Below are positions 18,611-28,195 of a stretch of 64,000 nt of DNA, piece after piece. The DNA is taken from the NCBI RefSeq assembly GCF_030646925.1, contig NZ_JAUSKL010000124.1:48298-112297 (forward strand). Direction: 5' to 3'. Position 1 is the stretch's first letter; each line of letters opens with the position of its first letter. Below the pieces are notes generated by a model. That model did not search any database. It saw only the letters and a list, made by a program, of their open reading frames with translations, and had not been told where the DNA came from. A program made the position numbers and the translations under genes. The stretch comes from Candidatus Binatus sp. (GTDB taxonomy: Bacteria > Desulfobacterota > Binatia > Binatales > Binataceae).

Positions 18611-18946
18611 CTATCGATTGCGGCCTCCGCCGCCCGCTCCACCGCCGCCACGACGGCGATCGTCTCCGCCACCGCCGCCGCCGCCACGCGGACCGCCGGT
18701 GCTGGCGCGCGCTTCATCGATCTTGATCCGGCGTCCTTTCAGATCGGTGTCGTTCAGCGTCTGGATCGCGTTCGCCGCCTCGCTCGCCTCCGCCATCTCG
18801 ACGAAACCAAAGCCGCGCGATTGTCCGGAAAATTTGTCCGTCACGACCACCGCGCTCTCGACCTTCCCCGCCTGCGCAAACAGTTCAGCCAAGTCCTCCT
18901 GGGTAACCGCGTAGGCGAGATTCCCTACATACAACTTCGTAGGCAT
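18611..18946 (-). CDS. RNA-binding protein with RRM domain and Gly/Arg-rich tail
   Basis: KLYVGNL (RNP-2) and RGFGFVEM (RNP-1) motifs. Confidence 0.85.
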   Translation of the reverse strand: MPTKLYVGNLAYAVTQEDLAELFAQAGKVESAVVVTDKFSGQSRGFGFVEMAEASEAANAIQTLNDTDLKGRRIKIDEARASTGGPRGGGGGGGDDRRRGGGGAGGGGRNR

Positions 18947-19238
18947 ACAAGCCCTCCTTCTGAATTTGCCGGATAGCTCCTAAACAGACGACCCTGCGGG
19001 GGAACCTCGGGATCAGTGAGAAAGGCGGCGTCCGAGCGTTATCGATGATTTCAAACATATGCGCGCGACTGGTTAGTGTAAAGGACGGATGCGGCGGCGG
19101 CGCGACGCGCCGAAAACGAGCGGTGCAGATTCATCGAGCGGAGTTGTTCCGTGTCATCCCGAGCGAGCCTTGCGACGAGGGATCCCGGAGCCGGGATTTC
19201 TCGCTGCGCTCGAAATGACACGGAAAGAGTGTGGCGAT

Positions 19239-19895
19239 CTAATGACGCGTTGCGGCCGCGTCGGCAATCGGGGCGTCGAGCAGTGGCGCGAGGAAGTCGC
19301 GGATGTAGCGATTCACCAGTTCTGGCTTTTCCTGCTGCACCCAATGGCCCGAGTCGGGGATGTACTTGATCTCGAAGGGGCCGGTGAAAAGATCCTCCAT
19401 GTTGTAGGTGAGTTCCACCCCGAGTGCGAAATCCTGCTCGCCCCAGATGAGCATCGTGGGCGCGTCGATCTTGCGATTGAGCCAGTCGTTCTGCCCGGGC
19501 TTCGCCATCAGGCCGGAGCGAAAATTCGCGCGGTAGTAATTGATCGCGGCGGTGATCGAATAAGGATTGCGGAACGCGGCGCGGAAGAATTGCAAATCGT
19601 CGTCGGTGAAAACGTTTTTCTGCACGGCGCCATCGCGAAGCGCGCGCGTGAGCAGTTCGTAATCGTGGCGGCGGAACATCACGCCGACGGGCGCGTCGGT
19701 CTCGCCGTAACCGCGCATCTCGGGCGCGACACAGTCGAAGCTATCGGAGAGCGCGCGGATCTGATGCCGATACGAGTACCAGCACTCGGGGAATCCGTGC
19801 AGCATCACGACGAGCGGACCGGCGCCCGCGCGCGCGAGCCGCATCGTGAGGCCGCTCTTGAGCGTCAATTTTTCGAAGCGCCAGGGCTCGGCCAT
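19239..19895 (-). CDS. alpha/beta-hydrolase-fold protein, epoxide-hydrolase-like, apparently lacking the nucleophile-elbow segment
   Basis: HGFPECWYSYRHQ N-terminus and C-terminal GHW..QE motifs present but only 218 aa; no GHDWG-type nucleophile region. Confidence 0.55.
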   Translation of the reverse strand: MAEPWRFEKLTLKSGLTMRLARAGAGPLVVMLHGFPECWYSYRHQIRALSDSFDCVAPEMRGYGETDAPVGVMFRRHDYELLTRALRDGAVQKNVFTDDDLQFFRAAFRNPYSITAAINYYRANFRSGLMAKPGQNDWLNRKIDAPTMLIWGEQDFALGVELTYNMEDLFTGPFEIKYIPDSGHWVQQEKPELVNRYIRDFLAPLLDAPIADAAATRH

Positions 19896-19913
19896 CGTCG
19901 ATGCCGCTTCAGC

Positions 19914-21146
19914 CTACTTGTAGCGCGGCAGCAATTCCTTGCCGAAGGTTTCGATCTGCTTCCTGTTCTCGGCGAGCGGCAGCAAGCCCTGGTCGCCCTG
20001 CCATACGAACCATTCCGGATGGATATTCTCGACCATCGCGTCGAATTGGCGGCGCACCTGATCGACGGTGCCGGTATAGGCGAAGTCGGCGCGCTCCATC
20101 CGCGCGACGGTGCATTCGGACTGCGGGAGGATTCCGTTCGCGACCGGAAACTTCGCTTCGTCCTCGGGCTCGCGCCAGGCTTCGAAGAATCCAAAATGAT
20201 AGAAGAATTTTTGAAAGGCGGTGCCGCAGATTCCCTGCTGCGCGAGCGCGCGCGCCTGGTCGCGATTCTCCGCAAAGTACATCGCGTGCAGCACGCCGAT
20301 TCCCTGCCCGAGATCGAGCCTGCGGCCCGCCTTGCGCGCTTCCTCGCGAAACGCCTCGGCGAGCTTGCGGACTGCGGCCGGTTGCGAGATCAGAATCGTC
20401 GGCGTGATGTTTTCGCGCGCGCACCATCGCACGGTCTCCTCGCTGATCGAAAAAGCCTGGAACAGCGGCGGATGCGGTTTCTGGTACGGCTTCGGCACCA
20501 CGCTGATTTTCTGGATGCGGCCGAGCTCGTCCACTTCGCCCGGGAAGCCGTACTCGCGAGTCCATTCGTGCGCGAGCCACGGCGTGCCCTCCTGCGGATA
20601 CGGATACTCGTAGTACTTGCCCTTGAAACGGAACGGCTCGTCGGCCCATGCGAGTTTGAGAAAGCGGAAGACTTCTTCGAAGGCTTCGCGATTGATCCGA
20701 TCGGTCTCGCTCTTGTCGCTGGTGGTGGCGCCGACGTGAATCTTCTGCGCCATCTGGTTGAGCCATCGCGATTGATAGCCGCGCGCGAAGCCGACGAAGG
20801 TGCGGCCCTTGGTCAATTGATCGAGCCACGAAATTTCGAGCGCGAGGCGGAGCGGATTCCACCCCGGGAGGACGTAGCCGATCGGGCCCACCTTGATGCG
20901 CTTGGTGTTGTGAATCACGTGCTGGGTGAGTGTCGGCAGGCTGCCGATCTCGAGGCCTTCACTGTGCAGGTGATGCTCGGGGAAACAGACCGCATCGAAG
21001 CCGACCTCCTCGGCGAGTTGCGCAAGTTCGACGACCTCCTCGATCATGCGCTGCCATCGTTCGGTTTGATTTGCGATCGGGCGCTGGCTGCGGCGTTCTT
21101 CCATCGTCGCGGGCAGCGTGGGCAGGAAAAAGTACATCGATTTCAT
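19914..21146 (-). CDS. LLM-class flavin-dependent oxidoreductase (luciferase-like monooxygenase)
   Basis: TIM-barrel LLM signatures (FDAVCFPEHH, PKPYQKPHPPL); GGAGAG RBS before MKSMYF. Confidence 0.85.
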   Translation of the reverse strand: MKSMYFFLPTLPATMEERRSQRPIANQTERWQRMIEEVVELAQLAEEVGFDAVCFPEHHLHSEGLEIGSLPTLTQHVIHNTKRIKVGPIGYVLPGWNPLRLALEISWLDQLTKGRTFVGFARGYQSRWLNQMAQKIHVGATTSDKSETDRINREAFEEVFRFLKLAWADEPFRFKGKYYEYPYPQEGTPWLAHEWTREYGFPGEVDELGRIQKISVVPKPYQKPHPPLFQAFSISEETVRWCARENITPTILISQPAAVRKLAEAFREEARKAGRRLDLGQGIGVLHAMYFAENRDQARALAQQGICGTAFQKFFYHFGFFEAWREPEDEAKFPVANGILPQSECTVARMERADFAYTGTVDQVRRQFDAMVENIHPEWFVWQGDQGLLPLAENRKQIETFGKELLPRYK

Positions 21147-21258
21147 GCGGCTCTCCTTCTTCCTCTCAGCATTAGTCCTCGAGAAAAAAGTTTGCCAGCG
21201 AAGTACGTCGATGAAGTTCGCGTCGCGAAGAGGTGGTCCGGCGAGCGTCGCCCGCGGA

Positions 21259-21274
21259 TGTTTCACGTGAAACA
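21259..21274. promoter_or_regulatory. perfect 16-bp palindrome TGTTTCACGTGAAACA (candidate operator, site 1)
   Basis: Self-complementary; 113 bp upstream of LLM gene start. Confidence 0.4.
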
Positions 21275-21368
21275 TTTTTTCAGCCATCTCGTCTGTGTTG
21301 AGAACGCACCTGGTTTCACGAGGAATCGCAGCGAGGTGAGAAGTCCGCGCGCTCATCCGCAGGTGCGA

Positions 21369-21384
21369 TGTTTCACGTGAAACG
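21369..21384. promoter_or_regulatory. near-identical palindrome TGTTTCACGTGAAACG (candidate operator, site 2)
   Basis: 15/16 identical to site 1, shares extended GATGTTTCACGTGAAAC. Confidence 0.4.
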
Positions 21385-21399
21385 TCTGAAAGTTCAGGA

Positions 21400-21800
21400 G
21401 AGTTCAGGGGAATGAAACGCGAAGGGACCGAGGCGGATTCTCCTGTGGCACAGGCTTCAGCCTGTGGAGGTGTGATCGCCGAAGCCCGGCGTGCACGCGC
21501 GTTCGATCAAAATCAAAGGCGATCAACAGGAACGGAAGAGGATCCGGGATTCTTCGCTGCGCTCAGAATGACAAAATGTGATGACGCGACGAGTAGGCGG
21601 CATGCGGGATGATAGCAGGGGCGTCGCGGTGGCGCCGCAAGGCGGCGACATCGCGACAGCACCCTCACCGGCCTCTTTATCCTGGAGCGATTCGGCCCTT
21701 CGGCCCGAAGTCGGCTTCGCGTGCGTTCCCGCGACTTCGGCCTCCTCTCCCTCAACAAAGCGCGATTTTGTTGGTGTTGACACTCAGACCGGAAAGTGAT
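21400..21800. repeat. cluster of GC-rich palindromic intergenic repeat units (shared with 19151-19230 and 26338-26700)
   Basis: Segments ggatccgggattcttcgctgcgctcagaatgaca and cgattcggcccttcggcccgaagtcggcttcgcg recur elsewhere in window. Confidence 0.45.
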
Positions 21801-21812
21801 TAAATTCCTGTC

Positions 21813-22741
21813 ATGCAGAACCTAGCTTCATTCGACAGAATGTTCGCGACAGAAGGTGGCTGCAAGCGCTATCTGGAACGCAAGCGCTGGCCGAATGGTG
21901 TGACCTGTCCGCGATGCGGAGCAAAAGAGAAAGTCTATGCACTCGCGGCGCGGCCCTTCCATTGGGTTTGCAAAAGCGGCGCTGAAACGCTCGACAAAGA
22001 GACTGGCGAATTGGTGATTTGCCACAAGCGCAATGGATACCGATTCAGCGTCATCACACGCACAATCTTTCAGGACACAAAGATTCCTCTCAAGCTGTGG
22101 TTCAAGATCGGATTCTTGATGATCACCGCGAAGAAGGGCGTTAGCTCGCTGCAGGTCCGACGCATGGTATTTGGCGAATACTCAGGCACCGATTGGCGCA
22201 CCTGCTGGTACGTCTGCCATCGCTGGCGCGCCGCGATGAAAGGCGATGCGATCTCGCTCACTGGCGAAGTCGAGGTTGACGAAACTTACGTCGGCGGCAA
22301 GGCTTTCAACCGTCATAAAAGCGCCAAGAAACAGCGGCGCGGTGGATGGGACAAAGTTGCAGTCATCGGCGCGATCGCACGCAAAGGAATGGTCGTCGCA
22401 AAAGGGATCGAAAATACCGATACTGAAACCCTCGATAGCTTTGTGCATTCCGCCGTAGGCCCGAACGTGAGCTTAGTCGCGACCGATGAACACTCTGGAT
22501 ACCGGCTGCTTGGCCGCGATCTTCCGCACGGCGTCGTGCGCCACAGTGCGGGCGAATACGTAGTCTGCGCGGTTCACACTCAGACAATCGAGGGATTCTG
22601 CTGAAGCGCGGCATCATGGGCAGTTACCACAAAGTCAGTAAAGACTATCTGCCGCTTTATATGAACGAATTTTCTTGGCGCTACAACAATCGGAAAAATC
22701 CAAACGCATTTGCTGATTTGATTACGACGTGCGGTAACTAG
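21813..22741 (+). pseudogene. IS1595-family (ISXO2-like) transposase, frameshifted
   Basis: N-terminal zinc-ribbon (CPRCGAKE...C) and ISXO2-like DDE domain end prematurely at IEGFC-stop (22604); conserved C-terminal LKRGIMGSYHKVSKDYLPLYMNEFSWRYNNR continues in +1 frame to 22741. Confidence 0.7.
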
Positions 22742-22770
22742 CCGTCCGAATCTGGAAGCGCTAAAGTATC

Positions 22771-22965
22771 GTGGTGGCTTCCATTCGAAATGGCAACGGA
22801 AAAAAGGCCCCCAAAAAATACGTTCCAAGCGAAAAACAACGCACAGAGGACGAGCGCATAAAAGAAAAACTCGAACGTCTGACCGATGCTGATTTAAGGG
22901 AATTTGACCGAGTATTAGAGCGTGCCTTCAAACAACCACAAACGGCGCGAAAAAGTGGCGACTAA
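22771..22965 (+). CDS. hypothetical small protein
   Basis: 64-aa Lys/Glu-rich ORF in low-GC segment next to IS remnant. Confidence 0.3.
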   Translation: MVASIRNGNGKKAPKKYVPSEKQRTEDERIKEKLERLTDADLREFDRVLERAFKQPQTARKSGD

Positions 22966-23404
22966 GAACTTGCGTCTCTCTGCCGCGATATTGTGCGAGA
23001 GAGTGCTTGTGGAAAAAGACGAGGTCCTGAGCATTATCAGGCTCGTAGACACGTTCTATGTACACGTTCCGAAAGAACTCCCAGAGGCCGCAAATCCGGT
23101 AGTTCAATTGACCGCGTTGCTGTCTTTCAAACGAGGTGACGAACCAGATACCGATAAGCATCAGGTGAAATTGAAGATTCAGCCGCCAACGGGATCGGCT
23201 GCAGATTTACCGATAGTGATGGACTTTGTTTTCAAACCTGGCGATATCGCAAGCGCCAATTTGATTATGAATATCCAACTCGGAATAAAAACATTCGGGC
23301 GATTCCGATTGGACGTATTTGTCGATGATCAGGGACCGGTCGCTGAAATTCCGTTTATGCTCCTTGAGCAGCCTGAACAGAAAACTCCTGAGAGAGTCCA
23401 CTAG
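22922..23404 (+). CDS. hypothetical protein
   Basis: 160-aa ORF, low GC (~48%), no family recognised. Confidence 0.4.
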   Translation: MPSNNHKRREKVATKNLRLSAAILCERVLVEKDEVLSIIRLVDTFYVHVPKELPEAANPVVQLTALLSFKRGDEPDTDKHQVKLKIQPPTGSAADLPIVMDFVFKPGDIASANLIMNIQLGIKTFGRFRLDVFVDDQGPVAEIPFMLLEQPEQKTPERVH

Positions 23405-23693
23405 ATGCGGTGGTTACGACCGGCTCGGTCAGGGGCGCGTGCTCGATCAACACCTTAATTGGAGAAGCGATCAAACCTTTTAGTTCTCTCTCCAGCGCGT
23501 CATCGTCCAAATGATCATCGGAGTATTCTGCGAGGCGGAGTTCGATCGCGCCAACGAGACTCTGAGCGGCATCATCACTATCAAGATGCATATCCCAACT
23601 TTGAGAAACCAACCAATCCTCAAAGTCGTTCAAAGTGATATCGCGAACCAGATAGGCGAGCAGCCGTTCGCGTATTTGTGATTCGGTAATCAT
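23355..23693 (-). CDS. hypothetical acidic protein
   Basis: Start MITESQIRERLLAYL; divergent from and sharing start-codon position with 23692 ORF. Confidence 0.35.
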   Translation of the reverse strand: MITESQIRERLLAYLVRDITLNDFEDWLVSQSWDMHLDSDDAAQSLVGAIELRLAEYSDDHLDDDALERELKGLIASPIKVLIEHAPLTEPVVTTASSGLSQEFSVQAAQGA

Positions 23694-24033
23694 GGCAAAG
23701 AAACCAATACCACAAATCGTCCGCATCGGTGAAACGGAACTGCGTCGGCTGTTCAATGAGAATTATTTGCCGCAGATTGGCACGAACAAAATCGAGGAAC
23801 GGGTGATGAGAGGCGCGGGGAAGCATCCTGCGCCAGCACCAGCGCAGGAGCCGTACTGTACCGAGAGCCAACAGGTTTCTTATCGTGATCCTGCGACTGG
23901 CAAAGAGCTTGCTCGCGCACATCGGTATGTACGACCGGACGGGACGCTCGGCGCAAGCGGCAAGCCCGACCCCAAGCGAGTCTCCGTGAACGACGTTCTT
24001 TACCGAATCATCAAACAAAAAAACCGGCCATAG
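23692..24033 (+). CDS. hypothetical protein
   Basis: 113-aa ORF, low GC. Confidence 0.35.
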   Translation: MAKKPIPQIVRIGETELRRLFNENYLPQIGTNKIEERVMRGAGKHPAPAPAQEPYCTESQQVSYRDPATGKELARAHRYVRPDGTLGASGKPDPKRVSVNDVLYRIIKQKNRP

Positions 24034-24281
24034 CCTAAAAGCCGACCTGTCACGTCGATACGAACGGTATTCAAGTTGAGTGTCGATTGCGACAAAATCG
24101 CCCAACAAAGCGGGCGAGGGAAAGGAGACGGCCACTGCTCAAAAGGGACAGGGCCGCGGCGAGGAACTCGCCGCGGCTCTTTCAAATCAATTCCCGTTCA
24201 ATTCAATTTCCGCTCGAATGAATTCCTGCGGAAATCAATTCCCGCAGAGACTTTGCAGTCTCCGCGGATCTGTCGAAGCAG

Positions 24282-25037
24282 CTAGGCGGCGACCTTGGTC
24301 GTACCCTGCAATGCGGGCACTTCCGGATTGCAGATGTAGCGAATTTTCGGCATCGTCACGTCCGCGACGGTAAACGTCGCCGAGATCGGATTGCCCAGCC
24401 TGAGGTTGTCGCCCGCGCCCCAGCAGTTGTTGTCGAGATGCAGGATTCGGGGCTTGCCGCGCTCGGCCTTCGAGAAGACGAACTCCGGATCGACCTGCAC
24501 CAGCACCAGCTTGCCGTCATCCTTGTTGCGCGCCAGATGCATGCTCGCGATGTACTGGATGTCGTTGCCGGCGATCACGTCGCGATCGACCAGTTCGCAT
24601 TCGAGCGCGGTTTTGCCGTCGGCGACGACCCGTGCGACGACGCGATCGTGCCGCAAATCAAGCTTCACTTCGCCCGGCGCGACCGGAAAACCCCATCGCT
24701 CGCCTAGTTCGCGGCGCGCGTCTGCGCTATCGCAGAAACTGCGCAACACGAAGCCGCGGGGACGAACGCCGGTGCGGCCCGCGATGCGAACTTCGGCGAT
24801 CGAAAACGCACCGGCCGGACTTTCGGGACAATGCATCACATTGAAGATCGCGTAGGACGGAATCGACGGATGCATCGTGCGCGGGATCAGGTTATCGGCG
24901 GGATCGTCGTCGATCTCGATATTGATGCTCAGAATCTGCGCGCCCTTCAGCAGCCACGGCTCGGTCTTGTAGCCGTTGATAGTCGCGGCGGCTTTCGCCC
25001 AATCGGCGACGTTGAGATTTCCGTAACGTGGAGGCAT
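24282..25037 (-). CDS. acetoacetate decarboxylase (ADC)-family protein
   Basis: Pattern YAIFNVMHCPESPAGAFSIAEVRI and ADARRELGERWGFP parallels ADC-family motifs; ATG overlaps upstream LLM stop (ATGA). Confidence 0.6.
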   Translation of the reverse strand: MPPRYGNLNVADWAKAAATINGYKTEPWLLKGAQILSINIEIDDDPADNLIPRTMHPSIPSYAIFNVMHCPESPAGAFSIAEVRIAGRTGVRPRGFVLRSFCDSADARRELGERWGFPVAPGEVKLDLRHDRVVARVVADGKTALECELVDRDVIAGNDIQYIASMHLARNKDDGKLVLVQVDPEFVFSKAERGKPRILHLDNNCWGAGDNLRLGNPISATFTVADVTMPKIRYICNPEVPALQGTTKVAA

Positions 25038-26146
25038 CAACGACCTCCGGCCGCGGCGGCGGATTCGCTCGCGCCCTGAAAATGCGGCATCACTTCTTTC
25101 GCAAAAAGGCGGAGGCTGTTGAGCACCTGTTCTTGCGGGATCGTCTCGAGCGCATTCAGCAGGAAGTTCACGCGATCGACGCCGCAGGCTTCCCACTTCT
25201 TGAGTTCGCGCACGAGTCGCGCAGGATTGCCGATCGCGATACCCTCGGGCGCGCCCGACGCGTCGCCGGGGCCCGATGCTTCCTGCCGGAGTGACGGGAG
25301 CAAGCCGAGCGACGGATACGATTTGCTCGGATACGCCTCGCGCGCGGCGAGCAACTGCGACGCGAGATAATTGAAGGTGCCGGTCATCCGTTTGCCGACC
25401 TTCACGCCTACCGCATCGTCCTCATGGCAATAGAGGAAGTTAACCGTCGAAACATTTTCATTAACGAAGTCGCCGACCGGAGTGCAGTTGCGAATGATCT
25501 TGCGATAGCGCTTGACCTTCTCATCCTGCTCCGCGAAACCGCCGAAGGTCAGCCCAAGACTGCCCATCCCGCGCTCGGCGGCGTCGATTTCAGTACCCGG
25601 ACTGGTGACCGCGACCCACAGCGGCGGATGCGGTTTCTGATACGGCTTGGGCACAATCGTGCGCTGCGGCATCGACCACGAACGTCCCTGATACGAGTAA
25701 CGTTCCTGGGTCCACATCTTGGGGAGGCAATGGACGAATTCGTCCCAGGTTTTTTTGGTTTCGTCGGGGCTCGCGCGGAAGCCGCCGAGTTCGGTCCAGG
25801 TCGCGGAGCGTCCGGTGCCTACTTCGAGGCGGCCACCCGACAGGATATCGAGCACGGCGGTGCGCTCAGCGATTTTGATCGGATGATTGAACTCGGGGAC
25901 GCATACGACGATGCCGTGACCAACGCGCATCTTCTTGGTCTTCATCGCGCAGGCGGTGAGGAACAATTCAGGCGCCGGGCAGTGAGAATATTCTTCGAGG
26001 AAGTGATGCTCGACGGCCCACACCTGATCGTAGCCAAGGGTGTCGGCGAGCGCGACTTGTTCGAGGCAATTGTCGTAAACCGTTTTTTCAGTTTCGCGCC
26101 CCCAGGGTCGCGGTACCGAGATTTCATAGAAGAGACCGAATTTCAT
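25037..26146 (-). CDS. LLM-class flavin-dependent oxidoreductase
   Basis: MKFGLFYEISVPRPW..., VWAVEHHF, PKPYQKPHPPLW motifs; GGAGG RBS. Confidence 0.85.
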   Translation of the reverse strand: MKFGLFYEISVPRPWGRETEKTVYDNCLEQVALADTLGYDQVWAVEHHFLEEYSHCPAPELFLTACAMKTKKMRVGHGIVVCVPEFNHPIKIAERTAVLDILSGGRLEVGTGRSATWTELGGFRASPDETKKTWDEFVHCLPKMWTQERYSYQGRSWSMPQRTIVPKPYQKPHPPLWVAVTSPGTEIDAAERGMGSLGLTFGGFAEQDEKVKRYRKIIRNCTPVGDFVNENVSTVNFLYCHEDDAVGVKVGKRMTGTFNYLASQLLAAREAYPSKSYPSLGLLPSLRQEASGPGDASGAPEGIAIGNPARLVRELKKWEACGVDRVNFLLNALETIPQEQVLNSLRLFAKEVMPHFQGASESAAAAGGR

Positions 26147-26221
26147 GGGTTTACCTCCACATACCGGTCGTTTAGCGCAATCTTGGGCGGAACGAAAGCC
26201 CCGCGTGAGAGGAAAGAAACG

Positions 26222-26333
26222 GAATTCGAAACCCCTCACGGGTTTCGAGCTTCCTGGGGCATCGCGAAGCCGACTTCGGGCCGCAGGGCCGAATCGCAAT
26301 AAGATTAAGATGCGCGCTACGCGCTGTTAATAG
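26222..26333 (+). repeat. structured intergenic repeat element family A, copy 1 (three hairpins)
   Basis: cgaaacccctcacgggtttcg hairpin, gccgacttcgggccgcagggccgaatcg, gcgcgctacgcgc hairpin; ~95% identical to copy 2. Confidence 0.6.
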
Positions 26334-26337
26334 TTGA

Positions 26338-26800
26338 ATGGGTAAACGCCGGAAGAGATCGAGGCTGAAGTCCTCCCGAGCGAAGCCGCCTCCTCTGTCA
26401 TTCCCGCGCGTGGCTGCCGCGCGAGGAATCCCGGCTCCTCGTTCCTCTTCTGTCGCCGCGCAGTCCCTTCCGTCATCTCCTCTTCGTCATTCAGAGCGCC
26501 GCGAAGAATCCCGGATCCTTTGTTCGCGCCGACGGCACCCTCACCCGCCTCTCTATCGTAGAGCGATTCGGCCCTTCGGCCCGAAGTCGGCTTCGCGGCT
26601 GACGCGCTTCGGCGCGCCTCTCCCGCAACAAAGCGGGCGAGGCAAACCTCCGGGATTCTTCGGCGTCGCGGCCTTAGCCTCTGAATGACAACAGTGGTGC
26701 AGTTCGCTCGGTACTAGAGATTCGATGCCGTCATCGATCAGTTCAGCGAAGAGATTCGGGATTCCTCGCGCGGCAGCTTACCTACTTCGAGTCGGCCCTC
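26338..26800. repeat. dense array of GC-rich palindromic repeat units (GTCATTC..GCG..GAAGAATCCC type)
   Basis: Inverted pairs e.g. tggctgccgcgcgaggaatccc (26400s) vs gggattcctcgcgcggcagc (26760s); units shared with 21400-21800 and 19151-19230. Confidence 0.5.
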
Positions 26801-26897
26801 CGGCCCGACTCGGCTCCGCGCGCGCGGGAATGGCAGAATGCCAAACGGCATCGAATTTCTTGGTACCGAGCGAATTTCATCGATAAGCGCACACTTC

Positions 26898-28148
26898 TCA
26901 AGTGTCGGATGGAGAAGAATGGAGGTCGCGGCCGAGGCGCTCGCGGCCAAGCATGATCACGACCGCAGTTGAAACCATCACGATCGCGGCGACGCCCGCG
27001 AGCGCCGCCGAGTAGCCGAATTTCTCCGCGAGCAGCGCCTCGCCGAACGCGGCGTTGGATGCGAGCAGCACGCCCATCTGATACGCGAGGCCGGAGAACA
27101 GCCCGCGCACTTCGGGCGGTGATAGCTCGGTGAGATGCGCCGGGATGACGCCCCATGCGCCCTGCACCATGAACTGCATCAGAAAGGCGCCAGCGATCAG
27201 CATCGCGAGCGTGCCCGGATAGATCCAGAGCGGCACGACCAATCCGGCGCAGATCACCGCGAACGCCATCGTGCGGCGCCGTCCGAGCCGATCGGAAAAA
27301 TAGCCGAAGACGAGACCGCCCAGCACCGCGCCGACATTGTAGATCAGCGCGATCGTCGCGACGGTGCGCGAGTCGAAGCCGCGCTGCTTCTGCAGAAACG
27401 TCGGATATAAATCCTGGGTGCCGTGCGAGACGAAATTCATCATCGTCATCAGCAGGACCAGGTAGAGAAAGAGGCGCCAGTTCTCGCGGACCGCGCGCTT
27501 GATTTTGGCCATGTCCGGACGGTTGCGCTCCCAGGCCTCGGACTCGGGCACTTTGGCGCGGATGTAGATGGTCAGCAGCGCTGGCGCGCCGCCGAGGAAG
27601 AACATCGCGCGCCATCCGAAATACGGAAACACGAAGAAGTACGCGGCGGCGGCGAGCAGGTATCCGACCGCGTAGCCCTCCTGCAGCAGGCCGGAAAAGA
27701 AGCCGCGCCATTTCGGCGAGACCGCTTCCATCGCGAGCGACGCGCCGACGCCCCATTCACCGCCCATCGCGATACCGTAGAGCGCGCGGAGGAAGAGGAA
27801 CCATCCGTAGCTCGGCGCGAAGCCGCTCAGCACCTCGACGACTGAGTAAAAGATGACATCAATCATCAGCGGGATGCGGCGGCCGTAGCGATCGGCGACC
27901 CATCCGAAGATGAGCGCGCCAACCGGGCGCATCGCGAGCGTCGCGGTGATGGTGAAGGCGACGTCGGCGACGGATTTGTGAAATTCTTTGGCGACGGTCG
28001 GCAGCACGAAAATCAGCACAAAAAAATCGAAAGCGTCGAGCGCCCAGCCGAGAAAGCTCGCGAGCAGAGTGTGCGCGGCCTCGCTCGAGGTGATCTTGCG
28101 CGCCGGCGGGAGCGCGGGAGTCGAGGCGGTCGCGGACATGGCGTGCAA
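26898..28148 (-). CDS. MFS transporter (metabolite:H+ symporter-like)
   Basis: 12 TM, GWVADRYGRRIPLMI and related MFS signature loops. Confidence 0.85.
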   Translation of the reverse strand: MHAMSATASTPALPPARKITSSEAAHTLLASFLGWALDAFDFFVLIFVLPTVAKEFHKSVADVAFTITATLAMRPVGALIFGWVADRYGRRIPLMIDVIFYSVVEVLSGFAPSYGWFLFLRALYGIAMGGEWGVGASLAMEAVSPKWRGFFSGLLQEGYAVGYLLAAAAYFFVFPYFGWRAMFFLGGAPALLTIYIRAKVPESEAWERNRPDMAKIKRAVRENWRLFLYLVLLMTMMNFVSHGTQDLYPTFLQKQRGFDSRTVATIALIYNVGAVLGGLVFGYFSDRLGRRRTMAFAVICAGLVVPLWIYPGTLAMLIAGAFLMQFMVQGAWGVIPAHLTELSPPEVRGLFSGLAYQMGVLLASNAAFGEALLAEKFGYSAALAGVAAIVMVSTAVVIMLGRERLGRDLHSSPSDT

Positions 28149-28195
28149 TGTTTAATCGAAGCGTCGTGGCAGAGGAAGGAGCGAGGAAAAGAGAA

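Noticed and set aside
18585-18914. Pro-rich plus-strand ORF (PPPPAPPPP...)
   Set aside because: Antisense translation of the Gly-rich tail of the RRM protein gene.
21146-21356. N-terminal extension of the LLM ORF (MSARTSH...MFHVKH...)
   Set aside because: The extension runs through the palindromic operator sites (MFHVKH is the translation of TGTTTCACGTGAAACA). The true start is the Met preceded by a GGAGAG RBS at 21146.
19089-21380. 763-aa ORF on the plus strand
   Set aside because: Antisense to two well-supported minus-strand genes (alpha/beta hydrolase, LLM oxidoreductase). Arg/Ala-rich low-complexity translation typical of high-GC antisense frames.
26782-27756. 324-aa minus-strand ORF
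   Set aside because: Alternative frame overlapping the MFS transporter. Arg-rich, no TM helices.
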